Assembly (NCBI RefSeq): GCF_037042905.1
Contig: NC_087245.1
Coordinates: 31,436,001 to 31,500,000 of the forward strand
DNA: 64,000 nucleotides
Reading direction: 5' to 3'
Origin: Lytechinus pictus
Lineage: Eukaryota
Part shown: piece by piece, positions 53,243-64,000 of the stretch
How positions within the stretch are numbered: position 1 is the stretch's first letter
Layout of the letters: the number at the start of each line of letters is the position of its first letter
Program-made: the position numbers and the translations under genes
Notes under the pieces: model-generated
The model's database searches: none
What the model was told of the DNA's origin: nothing
The model's input: the letters and a program-made list of their open reading frames with translations, nothing else

Positions 53243-56200
53243 CTGGCAGGAAAGTAGATACAATATGAACGCATAATACAGATGATAACTTGAACACCTA
53301 CTGGAAATACAGGAATATTCATGACGCATTAACTATGCAGATGTTACACTATTTTTGCAAGCACAATTCTGGAGCTTCCATACTATGTGACTTCTACCTC
53401 ATTTGAAAAGGACAAATTCTCCCCTTCAGATATCAAGTTAATGAGAATGTGTGTCTACATGATGCATTGGAGTGAATTAGTGTATTTTCATTCAAGTGGA
53501 CCTATATTACAAGACTAGACTACTCAGGGTCAACACGGCTCAGAATGTTGCATTGTGGGCAAGGATCCTGTACAACATTTGAGTAAATGATGACTCGAGG
53601 TAGTGTTATACTAGACTGCCGGTTCATATTTGCTTTAAGATCTACTTTAAAACCCATAACAACGTGCAGTACTTACTGTCAAAGAAAGAGGAGATTGTTT
53701 GATGAAAGCAATGATTCTCAGTCTGTCTTCTGTTGGGCAGATGCTCTGATTCAAAGAAAGGGGGATTAAAACGTGTACATTTTCAATTAAAGAAAACCCC
53801 AACAAAATGAAGTTTTGGCATTGCAAAAGAACCATCATTATGCTAGCATTCATTCAATTAAAGGAGAGCAATTTAATTTTTTTTTTCAAGTTCTGTTCAC
53901 AGGATGATGAAAATGTGAAATGATTATGATATGATGATGATGATGATGACAATGATAACAATGATGATGATGATGATGACAATGATAACAATGATGATGA
54001 CAATGATGATAATGTTGATGATGGTGATGATGACAATGATAACAATGATGATGATGATGATGACAATAATGATAGTGACGATGATGACAATGATAACAAT
54101 GATGATGATGACAATGATAATAATGATGATGATGATGATGATAATAATGATGATGATGATGACAATGATAATGATGATGATGACAATGATGACGATATTT
54201 ACTATAATAATGAGGTTATACAATGACGATAACGATATTGATGATCATCACCATCATCATCATCATGGTGATGGAAACTATCATAAGCATATTAACAGAG
54301 ACTTTGTATAGGGCAGACCGTCAATCACCCAGTTCTTCAGCATTTGGATAACAATAATATCCCTTTGGAAGCACATAGAGAAGGTATATAGTATGTCATA
54401 TGAGCTACAAATAAACTGAATAATAGTAATATTATTATAATCATTATTTCAATTTCTTTAATCATTATTATTATTACTTTTACCATTAGTAGTATTATCA
54501 TCATTATTATTATGATTATAATCATACATCACACAATATTGGCATTTTTGTAAAGCAATCTGCTTATAATGACAATCTTTCTCCTGCAAACTGTAAATGT
54601 TAAATTTTCTTTTTTGATAGTTGATCATATTTGTTTAGAATTTACTGTTTTATTTAGTTTTTTTTCTTTATGATTCATACCAAAACCAATTACCGATATA
54701 TTATGTTTGTTACGTAATGAAAATTGCATTGTAAACGAAAATGCAGAAGAAAACAATAGATCAAATCAAATCAATATTATCATTATTATTATTATTAATA
54801 CTATAATTTGACCTCTCACCTTTGGCACCTTGTGACCTTCACCATTGACCTCTGTTGGTCCAGCACACAGCATGGGTAAGATGGCCAAGGGCAACAGGAA
54901 GAGGAACATGTCAATGATGGATGCCTCATGACTGATCCAGTAGAGAAGGTACACCACACTCCAGAAGATGAGAAGAACAATCCAACTCAGCAGCCATCGC
55001 TGGATGCAGTGGGATGTGGTCCGGAGACGACACTGGTAGAGAATTACAAGGAGGAAAGATAATAAAAGTAAGAAGGAGAAAGATAATGATGATGATGATG
55101 GATGCCTCATGGCTGATCCAGTAGAGGAGATACACCACACTCCAGAAGATGAGAAGAACGATCCAGCTCAGCAGCCATCGCTGGATGCAGTGGGATGTGG
55201 TCCGGAGACGACACTGGTGGAGAATTACAAGGAGGAAAGATAATAAAAGTAAGGAGAAAGATAATGATGCTAATGATGGATGCCTCATGGCTGATCCAGT
55301 AGAGAAGATACACCACACTCCAGAAGATGAGAAGAACAATCAAGCTGAGGAACCATCGCTGGATGCAGTGGGACGTGGTACGGAGACAACACTGGTAGAG
55401 AATTACAAGGAGGAAAGAAAATAATCAGAAGAGGAAAAGAAGAGAGATATTAATATAATGATGGATGCCTCACGGCTAATCCAGTAGAGAAGATACATCA
55501 CATTCCAGAAGATGAGAAGAACAATTCAGCTCAGCAGCCATCGCTGGATGCAGTGGGACGTAGTGCGGAGATGGCACTGGTTGAGAATTACAAAGAGGAA
55601 AAACATATAGTATATGCCAATAAATAACCTGTTGACTTCTGTGATACCCACATTGATTTGTACAGGGATCAACTGGTTCCAGTAGGCAATGGGTTAACAT
55701 GATTTCATTTCATAATTTCGTAATGAATCAGCAAATTTACGATTTCTTTATGTGCTGCATTGGCTGTATACATATTCAAATTATATGAAGGTTTTCGACG
55801 CATGAAATTAGCTAAAATAAAATCCAGAGATTGCACTAGTCGAGAATTATAAGGAGAAATACACTGTTTAAGCCAATATTCAACATGATTTTATTTTCAT
55901 GATTTTTAATCAATTGGCATATTCATGATTATATTGGCTTTGTGTGCTTCAAAGGCTATATAAAAATAGAAACTTGAAGGTATTTGACTTGGAAAATCAT
56001 CAAAAATAAAACTATCATCAAAATGTCAGCTTACCGATATACACCAACCAAAACGTTCACTCTTAATTGTAATGGTACGTACATGTAACTCTACATGTAT
56101 ACAACTCTAATGCAGTCAAACCTTCTATACCGACCACATGTATAGAAGGACAGATTAAGACCTCAAGTTTGGTTTCCAACATCTCTTAATGTGATTTCCT

Positions 56201-58643
56201 ACTGTAATTGTAACTGTGTATAATGGACATACCTGCAATCTCCAATATTTTTCCAGTATTTCTTTATTCTCTAGAATCTTGATTCCTGGCACATGGCTGT
56301 ATTCCGAAGGAAGCTGACTCCTTGGCTGCATCAGAAATGAAATGACAAAAAAGGGTCATGATCTAGGATTATACAACATTTTCTACTCCTATGACAAACA
56401 ATGCTAAAAGAAAGAGTACTTTTATGTATAAACTTATAATTGTCCTTGAATACTGTTAATTCACCTTTGGTACCTTTCCAAAGCACATTGATGACCATAA
56501 CCATTCCATATCAAAGACTTACATGATGAGCTTGTTGGTTTGTGGTTGGCAGTAGATATAGACCTTACCCTAACCCTATGCACTGACATCAACAGCAGTT
56601 TAACAGCAATTCATGACTCTGTTTAACAGAGGACAAAGAATGACCTTGCCAACGTACCCTTTACCGGTGTACCCCAAAGCTAACATCGGGCAGGCCACAG
56701 ATGGAGTTATTCTTCATTCAAACATGATTCAATTGAACCAAGCTGGAAATTAAATTCACGTTTACACCTACCTCTCCAGTATTGGTCTGTCCAGCACCCT
56801 CCATACCAGAAGCAAGGAGATTAGCCCAGACATCATGGTTGAAGAGATCACCGTCGACAGAATCTACACCCATGCTGGTACGATGAAGTCTAGTGACAGA
56901 CTGCTTTCTCCTCTCATACTCGTTCATATCCCACTCATCTAAACATAAAAATAGCAGTGAATGAAAGACATTACTATCTTCTCTAAACCTTTATTGGGAA
57001 AAGTAAATAGTGTATGTGAGTGCCTGCATACACTGTACCATTTTTTCAAAAGTGAATGCCCAACTATCAAAACAGTTTTAAAATTGCAGTATCAGAGTTG
57101 CAACAGGTGTGTCCTCTGAGAGCTTCCATATTTCTTACAAATTGAAACTTTGAAAATTATGATTTTTTTTTCTTCCAGAAACCTATTGAAATTATGGAAA
57201 TATTTGTTTGACAAACCTAAGTTTGTACATAGCAAATTCGATTTGGACACTTGCCTTCAAGATCTTTGATGACTTCTTCAGAGGTTGGAGAGGCTAGATT
57301 TTGATATTCAGCATGGGTGCTGTCGTTTAGGCTTGCATTGTGGGCTCCATCCACCTGGTCCTCCACAAGGCTGGTTGTGTGGCGACGTCGTCGACCTCTC
57401 TGATGATGAAAGTTGTTGATATGGCAGATCATGGCATCCTCGTCTAACTCGAGGAGAAAATGGCGAACACCTAAAAGCAAGAATAGGGGGAAAAATTAAT
57501 ATCATCAATTAGATGCACTACATACATTGTATTTGGAACAATAATCTCCCAGAATATTTGTTATGACGGAATAGGATGTTGTGATGTACAGGAAATAATT
57601 TCACTTCTGAAGTTTGATTATCATTTCTGGTTGTAAGAGAAAATATTTCAACTATTTTCTGGACAGTCTTGTGTAAAACTAAGTTACTACACAAAAGAAA
57701 TTTTGTTTAGCAGTCATAAACAAATGTGGAGCATATCATGATGCTATACCAAGAAAATTATTCCCTGAATAAAGAGTGTAGAGTCATAAAACAAAATACA
57801 TATTGTTATTATTGATTTTTTGTTTTTGATTATCAATAAAAACTAAAGAGGGGGAAAACAAAATGATAAGATAAAACAGGGGGAGGGGAGGGACTTGCGC
57901 GAACTGTTGGCAATATAGCATAATTCAAGCATTTGATTCACATACTTATTAAATTTCTGTAAGAGTGATCTTGTACCTTAAAAAGTAACATCCAATAAAA
58001 AAAATAAAACTACAACAAGCATTAAATAGTATAAAACATAAGATTCTACTGTACACATGCATTAAATCGTATACTTACTTATCGTGTGAGTGCGACAAAC
58101 AGACAAGCACACCACTGCTACCAGCATGTTCCACACAAATGAGAAAACAGTCAATCCTACAAGGCAGCTATATTGCACATAGCATATCCACGGTGATATA
58201 GAGACAGCAATACAGGTCTCAGCGTGAAACAGATTGAAGTTATCATAGTTGTAAAGACCAATGAACATCATACCCAGCAGGCCGATGACGACGGCAGAGT
58301 TTAGCTTGAGGAAGCTCTTGGTGTGGAGCCTCACGCTCTGCACAAAGAGACGGTTCGTGAAGAGACGGAAGGCAAGGTTGTTGGCGTAGACGCTGACGGC
58401 ACAGAAGCCCATGGCCATGATGATGTTGACGGTGCCATTCAGAGAATCGAAGGTGGTGTTCTGGGAGACGATGTCCGCCACGGTGTACCAGGTGTAGTTG
58501 ATGAAGTAACCGACCGTGCATATGAGGGTCAGGACGTAGAGGATGGTGGCGAACCAGGGCTTGTCTTTGGGATGGGTTTTGATTCCGAGGGATTTGGCGA
58601 TGATGTACCAGAGCCAACGGGGAAGAGGGCGGGATTGCTTCAT
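53075..58643 (-). CDS. Seven-TM gustatory-receptor-like (GRL / 7TMIC superfamily) protein, whole gene span, 7 coding exons, ~496 aa
   Basis: Exons 58643-58079, 57470-57255 (GC donor), 56938-56772, 56325-56233, 55032-54820, 53745-53677 and 53242-53075 join in frame. There are seven hydrophobic segments with a long polar loop between TM4 and TM5, and a C-terminal PLSLT|VFGFELSYSSVFTTIVAIALAF resembling GR TM7a/7b. The C-terminal introns are phase 0. The start Met is uncertain (acceptor at 58729; the open frame extends to 58745). The family call is inferred, with no search run. Confidence 0.75.
53677..53745 (-). CDS. GRL-like exon
   Basis: aatcag|SICPTEDRLRIIAFIKQSPLSLT|gtaagt, 69 nt, phase 0/0. 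Confidence 0.83.
53917..54275. repeat. (GAT/AAT)n trinucleotide microsatellite
   Basis: Directly visible; produces spurious poly-M/I/S ORFs. Confidence 0.95.
54820..55032 (-). CDS. GRL-like exon encoding TM5-TM6 (only complete copy of a tandemly repeated exon start)
   Basis: taccag|CRLRTTSHCIQRWLLSWIVLLIFWSVVYLLYW...LPLAILPMLCAGPTEVNGEGHKVPK|gtgaga. Confidence 0.85.
54913..55605 (-). repeat. Four tandem ~180-bp copies of the 3' splice site plus first 40 codons of the GRL TM5 exon
   Basis: Exon-start equivalents at 55032, 55213, 55391 and 55576 (periods 181, 178, 185), each preceded by a pyrimidine tract and CAG. Confidence 0.95.
56233..56325 (-). CDS. GRL-like exon
   Basis: atgcag|PRSQLPSEYSHVPGIKILENKEILEKYWRLQ|gtatgt, 93 nt, phase 0/0. 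Confidence 0.8.
56772..56938 (-). CDS. GRL-like exon (loop)
   Basis: tttag|AT GAG TGG GAT ATG (DEWDMNEYERRK...TNTGE); donor GAG|gtaggt. Confidence 0.78.
57255..57470 (-). CDS. GRL-like exon (intracellular loop), GC-AG donor
   Basis: ttttag|GT GTT CGC (SVRHFLLELDEDA...); ends GAA G|gcaagt, phase 1, matching the next exon. Confidence 0.75.
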
Positions 58644-58729
58644 TGTGCCCGAGCGCACCTCATGCGCCGGAAGAGACCGGAAACCCTCCTGCTGGATGGT
58701 GGGGTTTGCTGCTGCAACATGTTGCAAAC
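58079..58729 (-). CDS. GRL-like exon encoding TM1-TM4
   Basis: Long GC3-rich ORF (track 58062..58745); acceptor tatcag|G, donor A|gtaagt. Confidence 0.88.
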
Positions 58730-58839
58730 CTGATACAGTATTCATTCTAATGGCTTAGAAGAAATGAAAGAAAAGAAAACTTTTCCAATCTTGTGAGTTA
58801 TATATCTCATTATAAATGCCCATTTAATAAATTAAAATA

Positions 58840-61300
58840 AACTAGATTTTAATTTGTCATGCGGACGAATTAGGTGGTCTGTCGTAGAAAGATAAATACT
58901 AGTAGATAAACATACATAATTATTTAAACAAATGAGTAGATATAAGATTGAAAGATGAATAGACAGTCAGATAGACATACCTCTTTTAACAGATACACAT
59001 AGGAAAGATAGATAAATAGATAGATGGAGAAATAAATGATAAGTGGATAGATTAATAGAAGAAAGGTAGATAAATTATATCTTGATATATAGATAGACAG
59101 ATAGATCGATAGATAGATATATATTTACATAAACATATAAATACGTATTAGATAGATAGACAGATAGACATTAGATAGATAGATCATAGATAGATATATA
59201 AATAGATAGATAATGATTGATGACAAATAAGATGAAGATGATGATAACAGTGATTATGATATTATATATACACAGATGGACAGACAGAAAATATATCAAT
59301 ATATTTATTGATAGATAAACAGATAGAATAACATATTAAACAGATTTAATAGATAGATAGATATTAGATAGACAGACAAATAAACAGACATAATTATTTA
59401 AACAGATCAATAAACATTAGATTGAAAGATAAAAAGATAGACATACAGATAGACATACATATTTAAACAGATAGATGGATAGTCGGATAGATAGATAGAT
59501 GGATTGGATGATATATAAAATATAGGTGGATAGATTGATAGAAGATAGATAGATAAACATACGTAATAATTGAAACATATAAATATATATTAGATTGAAA
59601 GATAAATGGATCGATAGACAGATAGACAAACATATTCAAACAGATAGATATACGACAGATAGATAGAACATAGAGAGACAGACAGACAGACATACAGATA
59701 GATAGATAGAAAGACAGACAGACAGGCAGATAGATGGATAGAGAGAAAGACATATTCAAACAGATAGATATATATTAGACAGAGAGATAGATAGATAGAT
59801 ATAATGCAGGTAGATATACAATGTAGGTAGATAGACAGACAGACAGATGGATAGATAGATAGATATGTCATGTAGGTAGACAGACAGATAGATAGAAAGA
59901 TAGATAGCGGATATGATTAGATAGATATAATATGAAAAAAGTAATTATAATCTGTTTTATTTTGCAATATTTTAACTATTATTTATTAGAATTCTTATAA
60001 TTGATCGTGCGCAAGATAGTAAAAAAAAATAAAAAATCATGTTCACCCTCAGACTCGAACCCCTGCCCGCATGACTGAATGAGATGCAAGTCTGACGCCT
60101 TACCGATTGAGCAACAATATTTCCCATAGACTTTACACGTATGCAAAATACGAGAATCTCAAATCCAATTTTGCAAGTGAAATACGGGCATGATCCCGGC
60201 ATCTGATCGGAAAATGAAGGCAACACTTCCGAAAGCTTAGAATCTCAGCTATGACATACTTAAGGCTCAGGGATAACTGACAAGAAAAAATGGAGATATG
60301 ACTCACGAAATAGAGGAATGTAGAATCTACTTTTGAGAAAAAGTCATGTCCCATAGAGATTACACGTAAAATGAATACAAATGACATGCCTTTATTATTT
60401 GCAATTTTTCAGGATGATCCGTTTATCAAAATGAAAAATAAAGGCAATAATTCAGAAAGAGTAAGACCTAAGCTACAACATATTCGAAATTGGGCGAAAA
60501 TTGATCAATATTCACGGAGTTAGAATCAAATTTGCATAATTATTATGATGTCATAACACGCAAAATGGATATTTTGAATTCCGACGCCATTTTGATGACG
60601 TCATAATATATGTTAGGGTCCAATGAGACTTGAAATCATATGTATGATTCATACTCTATCGAAATATGAAAAAAAATTGGGGGTCCCCGTTCGTTCTGAA
60701 GAGCTAAAGTGAATTTTTAATAGGCATGTTTTTGCCCATATAGAGCCTATGGTAAAAGAGCTCGCGCACACGCGTGCTGCAAACTTTAATGGGTGCTCAT
60801 TCCCTCATTAATGATCGTAGAGAGCTGATCGAGATATCAATTTGATCAGAATTATATCATTAATATATACACATAAAAAAAACAGCGAATTTTGCTGCGT
60901 AACACAGTTACGCAGCAAACGCGCTCACATTCGTGCACGCGTGCAAAAAAATTAAATTGCTTAAAATGACCTGAAACGTACCCAAAATTAATTATAGACA
61001 ATTTTGAACATTTTTCAATTTTGACGCGCACGTACATGTACGCACGCATCATGACCTTTGATGACTTTGACATTTGACCTAAAGTTTATTTGATGTAAAT
61101 ATGATTGATTATCCGTTATGTAGATATGATGAAATAAAGAATTTGACAAAATGGCGCCTAGATGACTTCATCATAACTTGATGACCTTGAAAAGCTTAGT
61201 ATGGCGTCTCTATGATAATGATACTTGATAGACTTTATATACAGTATGACAAAAAAATCAGCAAAATTGATGTAGCCAATTTGTGAGAAAAGTTGGCGAC
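58840..61300. mobile_element. Probable non-autonomous interspersed element (Helentron/DINE-like architecture) containing a (GATA/GACA)n tract and a tRNA-like segment
   Basis: Starts aactagattttaatttgtc...attaggtggtc; GATA/GACA microsatellite at about 58890-59930; tRNA-like A/B boxes at 60041-60117 (- strand). Boundaries and class are inferred. Confidence 0.35.
58890..59930. repeat. Degenerate (GATA/GACA)n microsatellite
   Basis: Directly visible. Confidence 0.95.
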
Positions 61301-63525
61301 AAACACACTCCTAGTACCAATGAGGTCCAAACATTAACATGTATGGACCTCTTAGGCGACATTACCCAAATTATGGGTTGGACAATGCTGTTCTGATTTC
61401 CAACCCAAGACTTTGGTAAATGTACACCTTAATACAAGTTAGAGTTATCCGATATACCTTTCATTCGGACGGCAAACCTTTATTTAGTTGTAAAAATAGT
61501 TGAAATCAAAATCGATTATTGTTAAACTTACATTTCAGGCCCTTTTTGTTGATTTTCGGTGAGCGTTCCACACAGCTGCGACGAGTGATCAACTCCGAAG
61601 TGATACGCGTACTGGTCAGCTGATCGGTCAGGTGATCGGTTGGTTATCTTTTTGTCAGACGTTCATAATTTATGTTAAGCGTATCAATCTTCAGTATCTT
61701 GATTTCAAAGCATCAGTATTGCAGAGAAAAGTCATTATTGATTGGAATCAGTGGCGGGGGGGGGGGGGGGGGTTGGGGTGAGCATTTCTGCCCGTTCCCC
61801 CTTTAGAGATTTATAGTAAACATTTTGGAATTAAATATGTTATTAATACTAGTTATGTGCCCCCCCCCTCATGAGAATCACGTACAGCATTATTTGTAAT
61901 GGGGATATTTCGTTCATATTCTTTTCTCTTTTTTGCCTTTTTTTTTAATTGCCAAATTCAAAATTTTACTGGGAACAAATTAACAATATGACTTTCTATA
62001 CATCACTTTTAGGGACAAACTTTTTTTTATGGGGGTGGGGGTTGGGGGCTTGCCAAATGTAATCAATGGTGGAAAAAATGACCTTCTTTTTAGTGACAAC
62101 TTTATAAAAAAATTGTCAAATTTTACGCGAGACAAAATTACCTTCGATCATTGCTATAGTTAAAACCTTTTTTTTTTTTTTTTTTTTTTTTTTGGGGGGG
62201 GGTTGCCAAATATCACGTGGACAAAATGACTTTCCCTTTTCTTATTTTTGTGGGGGGGGGGGGGCTTGCCGAATATTACGCGGACAAAATGACTTTCATT
62301 TTGAGTGACCATTTTTTTTAACTTGTCAAACTTTACGCGAGACAATATAATGACCGTTTTTTTTTTTTTTTGTAAGAACCTTTTTTGGGAGTTGTCAAAT
62401 TTTACTTGAGAAAATTCACCCCGCCCCCCCCTACTTAATTTGGAAAATCTTGGATGCGCCTCTATATAGTTTGAATCATAATGAAGATTAAGATCATGCG
62501 TATATATAGCTTACATCCACGGCAGAGGCGTAAACCGCCGGGGGCATGCAGGCTGGCCCTTGATCCCCGGTCCAGTGGATTTCACCAAAAAAAAAACGGG
62601 ATAAGAGAAAAGGAATGCAGGAAGGAAAAGAAAGAAAGAAAGAAAGAAAGAAAGACAGAAAGAGAAAGGGAAGAGAAATAAAAGGCCATAAAAAAGCAAA
62701 AGGAAAGAAAAATGCATGCGAGAATAATTCCGAATGTTATGTCAAAATCTATTGCAAAATTGATATTTGTAATAAAAGTGACAAAGGTTTTGCTCGCTCG
62801 CCTCTTCATCTGGTAGGCGCGTAGTCCCTCCCCCAAAAAAAAAATAAGGAGGGAATAGAGAAAATAAAAAGCGAAATGAGAAAAGGGGGGTGTATATAAC
62901 TTAGTTTATAATTGTTTTTCCTTTTTTGGGGGGAAGGGGTCAAACCATTAACGTTATGTTTTTCTATAAATAGGTCTAATTGCTAAATATCCAGAGTTAT
63001 CGAGACCCACCTGCTGATATTGCACTGGGGGTACACGATGGAAGGGTTAGGCCTAGGGGCCCCCGAAAGTTCAACAACCAAGATAAAAAAGAAATGAAGG
63101 GAATTAATGAAAAGAAAAGGAAAAGTGTAAGTTAAGATATCTATCTCAAATTTAGATTTGCACGAAAAGTTTTTTTCTCGCTTGCTTCACTCGCTTGGAA
63201 CATATAAAGCAACTTTATTCCCACGCGCCATGTATGCCTACATTGGCCCTCTTTCTTTCTTTCATTTTATTTTTTTTTTACTCATCACGCTACCGTACTG
63301 CCACACACGGGTTTGCCCTAATGATCGTGGACAATCATAAAAAATATCATTTTCATACCATGTGACTGGGAAATTTTTGGCTCCACCCCCCCCCCCCCTC
63401 TCGATCCCTGTATCGATTTTGACTTGATAGGGGCCTATACCTGATGGAATTAGCTTCATTCAATATAAAATCATAACGGATAGAACGCCTTGAATACAGG
63501 CCAAACAGCCTAACGACATTGCCGT

Positions 63526-63535
63526 GTCACGTGAC
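63526..63535. promoter_or_regulatory. Perfect CLEAR/E-box palindrome GTCACGTGAC
   Basis: Within tgtcacgtgaca, ~30 bp upstream of an ATG-initiated short frame at 63568. Confidence 0.4.
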
Positions 63536-63928
63536 AACCAGTATTAAACGAGAATGTGCACAACCCTATGGCGACAAAATTTGCCGCAAAAGTTGAGCAA
63601 GTTCTGGACAAAAAGGCTTCAATACCCCAAGAAAAGACCAGGCGAGTACTATTTATACATTTTTTCAATTTAGTAATATCTAGAGTCTAATTTAAGAACA
63701 GATTTTGTCATGGAGCTCCATGGTAAGATCTAGTAATTTAAGTCCAACATTTAATTCGCGTGCACTCACTTTTTTAACACAGGAATTAATAGCCTTGGTG
63801 CTTAGAGTGGACAAACATAGGTGCGAAAAATAAATAATAAATAAAGAAAATTTTGACGAAATTAAGCGGTGATCTGTCAGAGACAGACCACCTAAAAAAA
63901 GACAATACACCAGTCGGTGGTAGTCTTG

Positions 63929-64000
63929 AGGACGCAATGATGATGATTTTTTATATACTGTCATATGACAGTATATAAAAAATCATCATCATTGCGTCCT
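63929..64000. repeat. Perfect spacerless palindrome centred at 63964/63965, truncated by the window end
   Basis: aggacgcaatgatgatgattttttatatactgtcat|atgacagtatataaaaaatcatcatcattgcgtcct. Confidence 0.97.

Noticed and set aside
53854..54311. Poly-Met/Ile/Ser ORFs
   Set aside because: Translations of a (GAT)n microsatellite inside a GRL intron. The same applies to 4532-5076, 27075-27450 and 59417-59871.
54913..55605. Classic mutually exclusive exon cluster
   Set aside because: The upstream copies lack the TM6 half and a convincing 5' splice site, and one has an in-frame stop. They are partial acceptor-side duplicates.
58243..58758. Overlapping ORFs on the + strand and in an alternative - frame
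   Set aside because: Shadow ORFs from the GC3-rich GRL exon.
60041..60117. tRNA gene on the - strand
   Set aside because: A- and B-box-like motifs are present, but there is no convincing acceptor stem or cloverleaf. It is probably a repeat-borne tRNA-derived segment.

Overview
AT-rich animal genomic DNA with spliceosomal introns, SINEs, MITEs and microsatellites. It is probably a sea urchin or other echinoderm, which is an inference from protein and repeat style. Three intron-containing genes were assembled by hand from splice sites and reading frames. (1) ATP6V1H, V-ATPase subunit H: + strand, 11 coding exons, 2118-24977, 475 aa. (2) A C2orf50/CIMIP5 ciliary microtubule inner protein homolog: - strand, 3 coding exons, 33271-35306, 174 aa. 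(3) A 7-TM gustatory-receptor-like (GRL/7TMIC-type) gene: - strand, 7 coding exons, 53075-58643, about 496 aa, with one GC-AG intron. The most unusual pattern is that all three genes carry local tandem duplications straddling a splice site or stop codon. In the GRL gene, the acceptor plus 40 codons of the TM5 exon occurs 4 times, with a decay gradient and only synonymous differences in the nearest copy. Non-coding DNA holds a ~180-bp satellite with higher-order structure, a foldback-like palindromic minisatellite, L1/Tx1 and RTE LINE relics, tRNA-derived SINEs, many (some nested) MITEs, and a perfect palindrome running off the right edge. No CRISPR array or prokaryotic system is supported.
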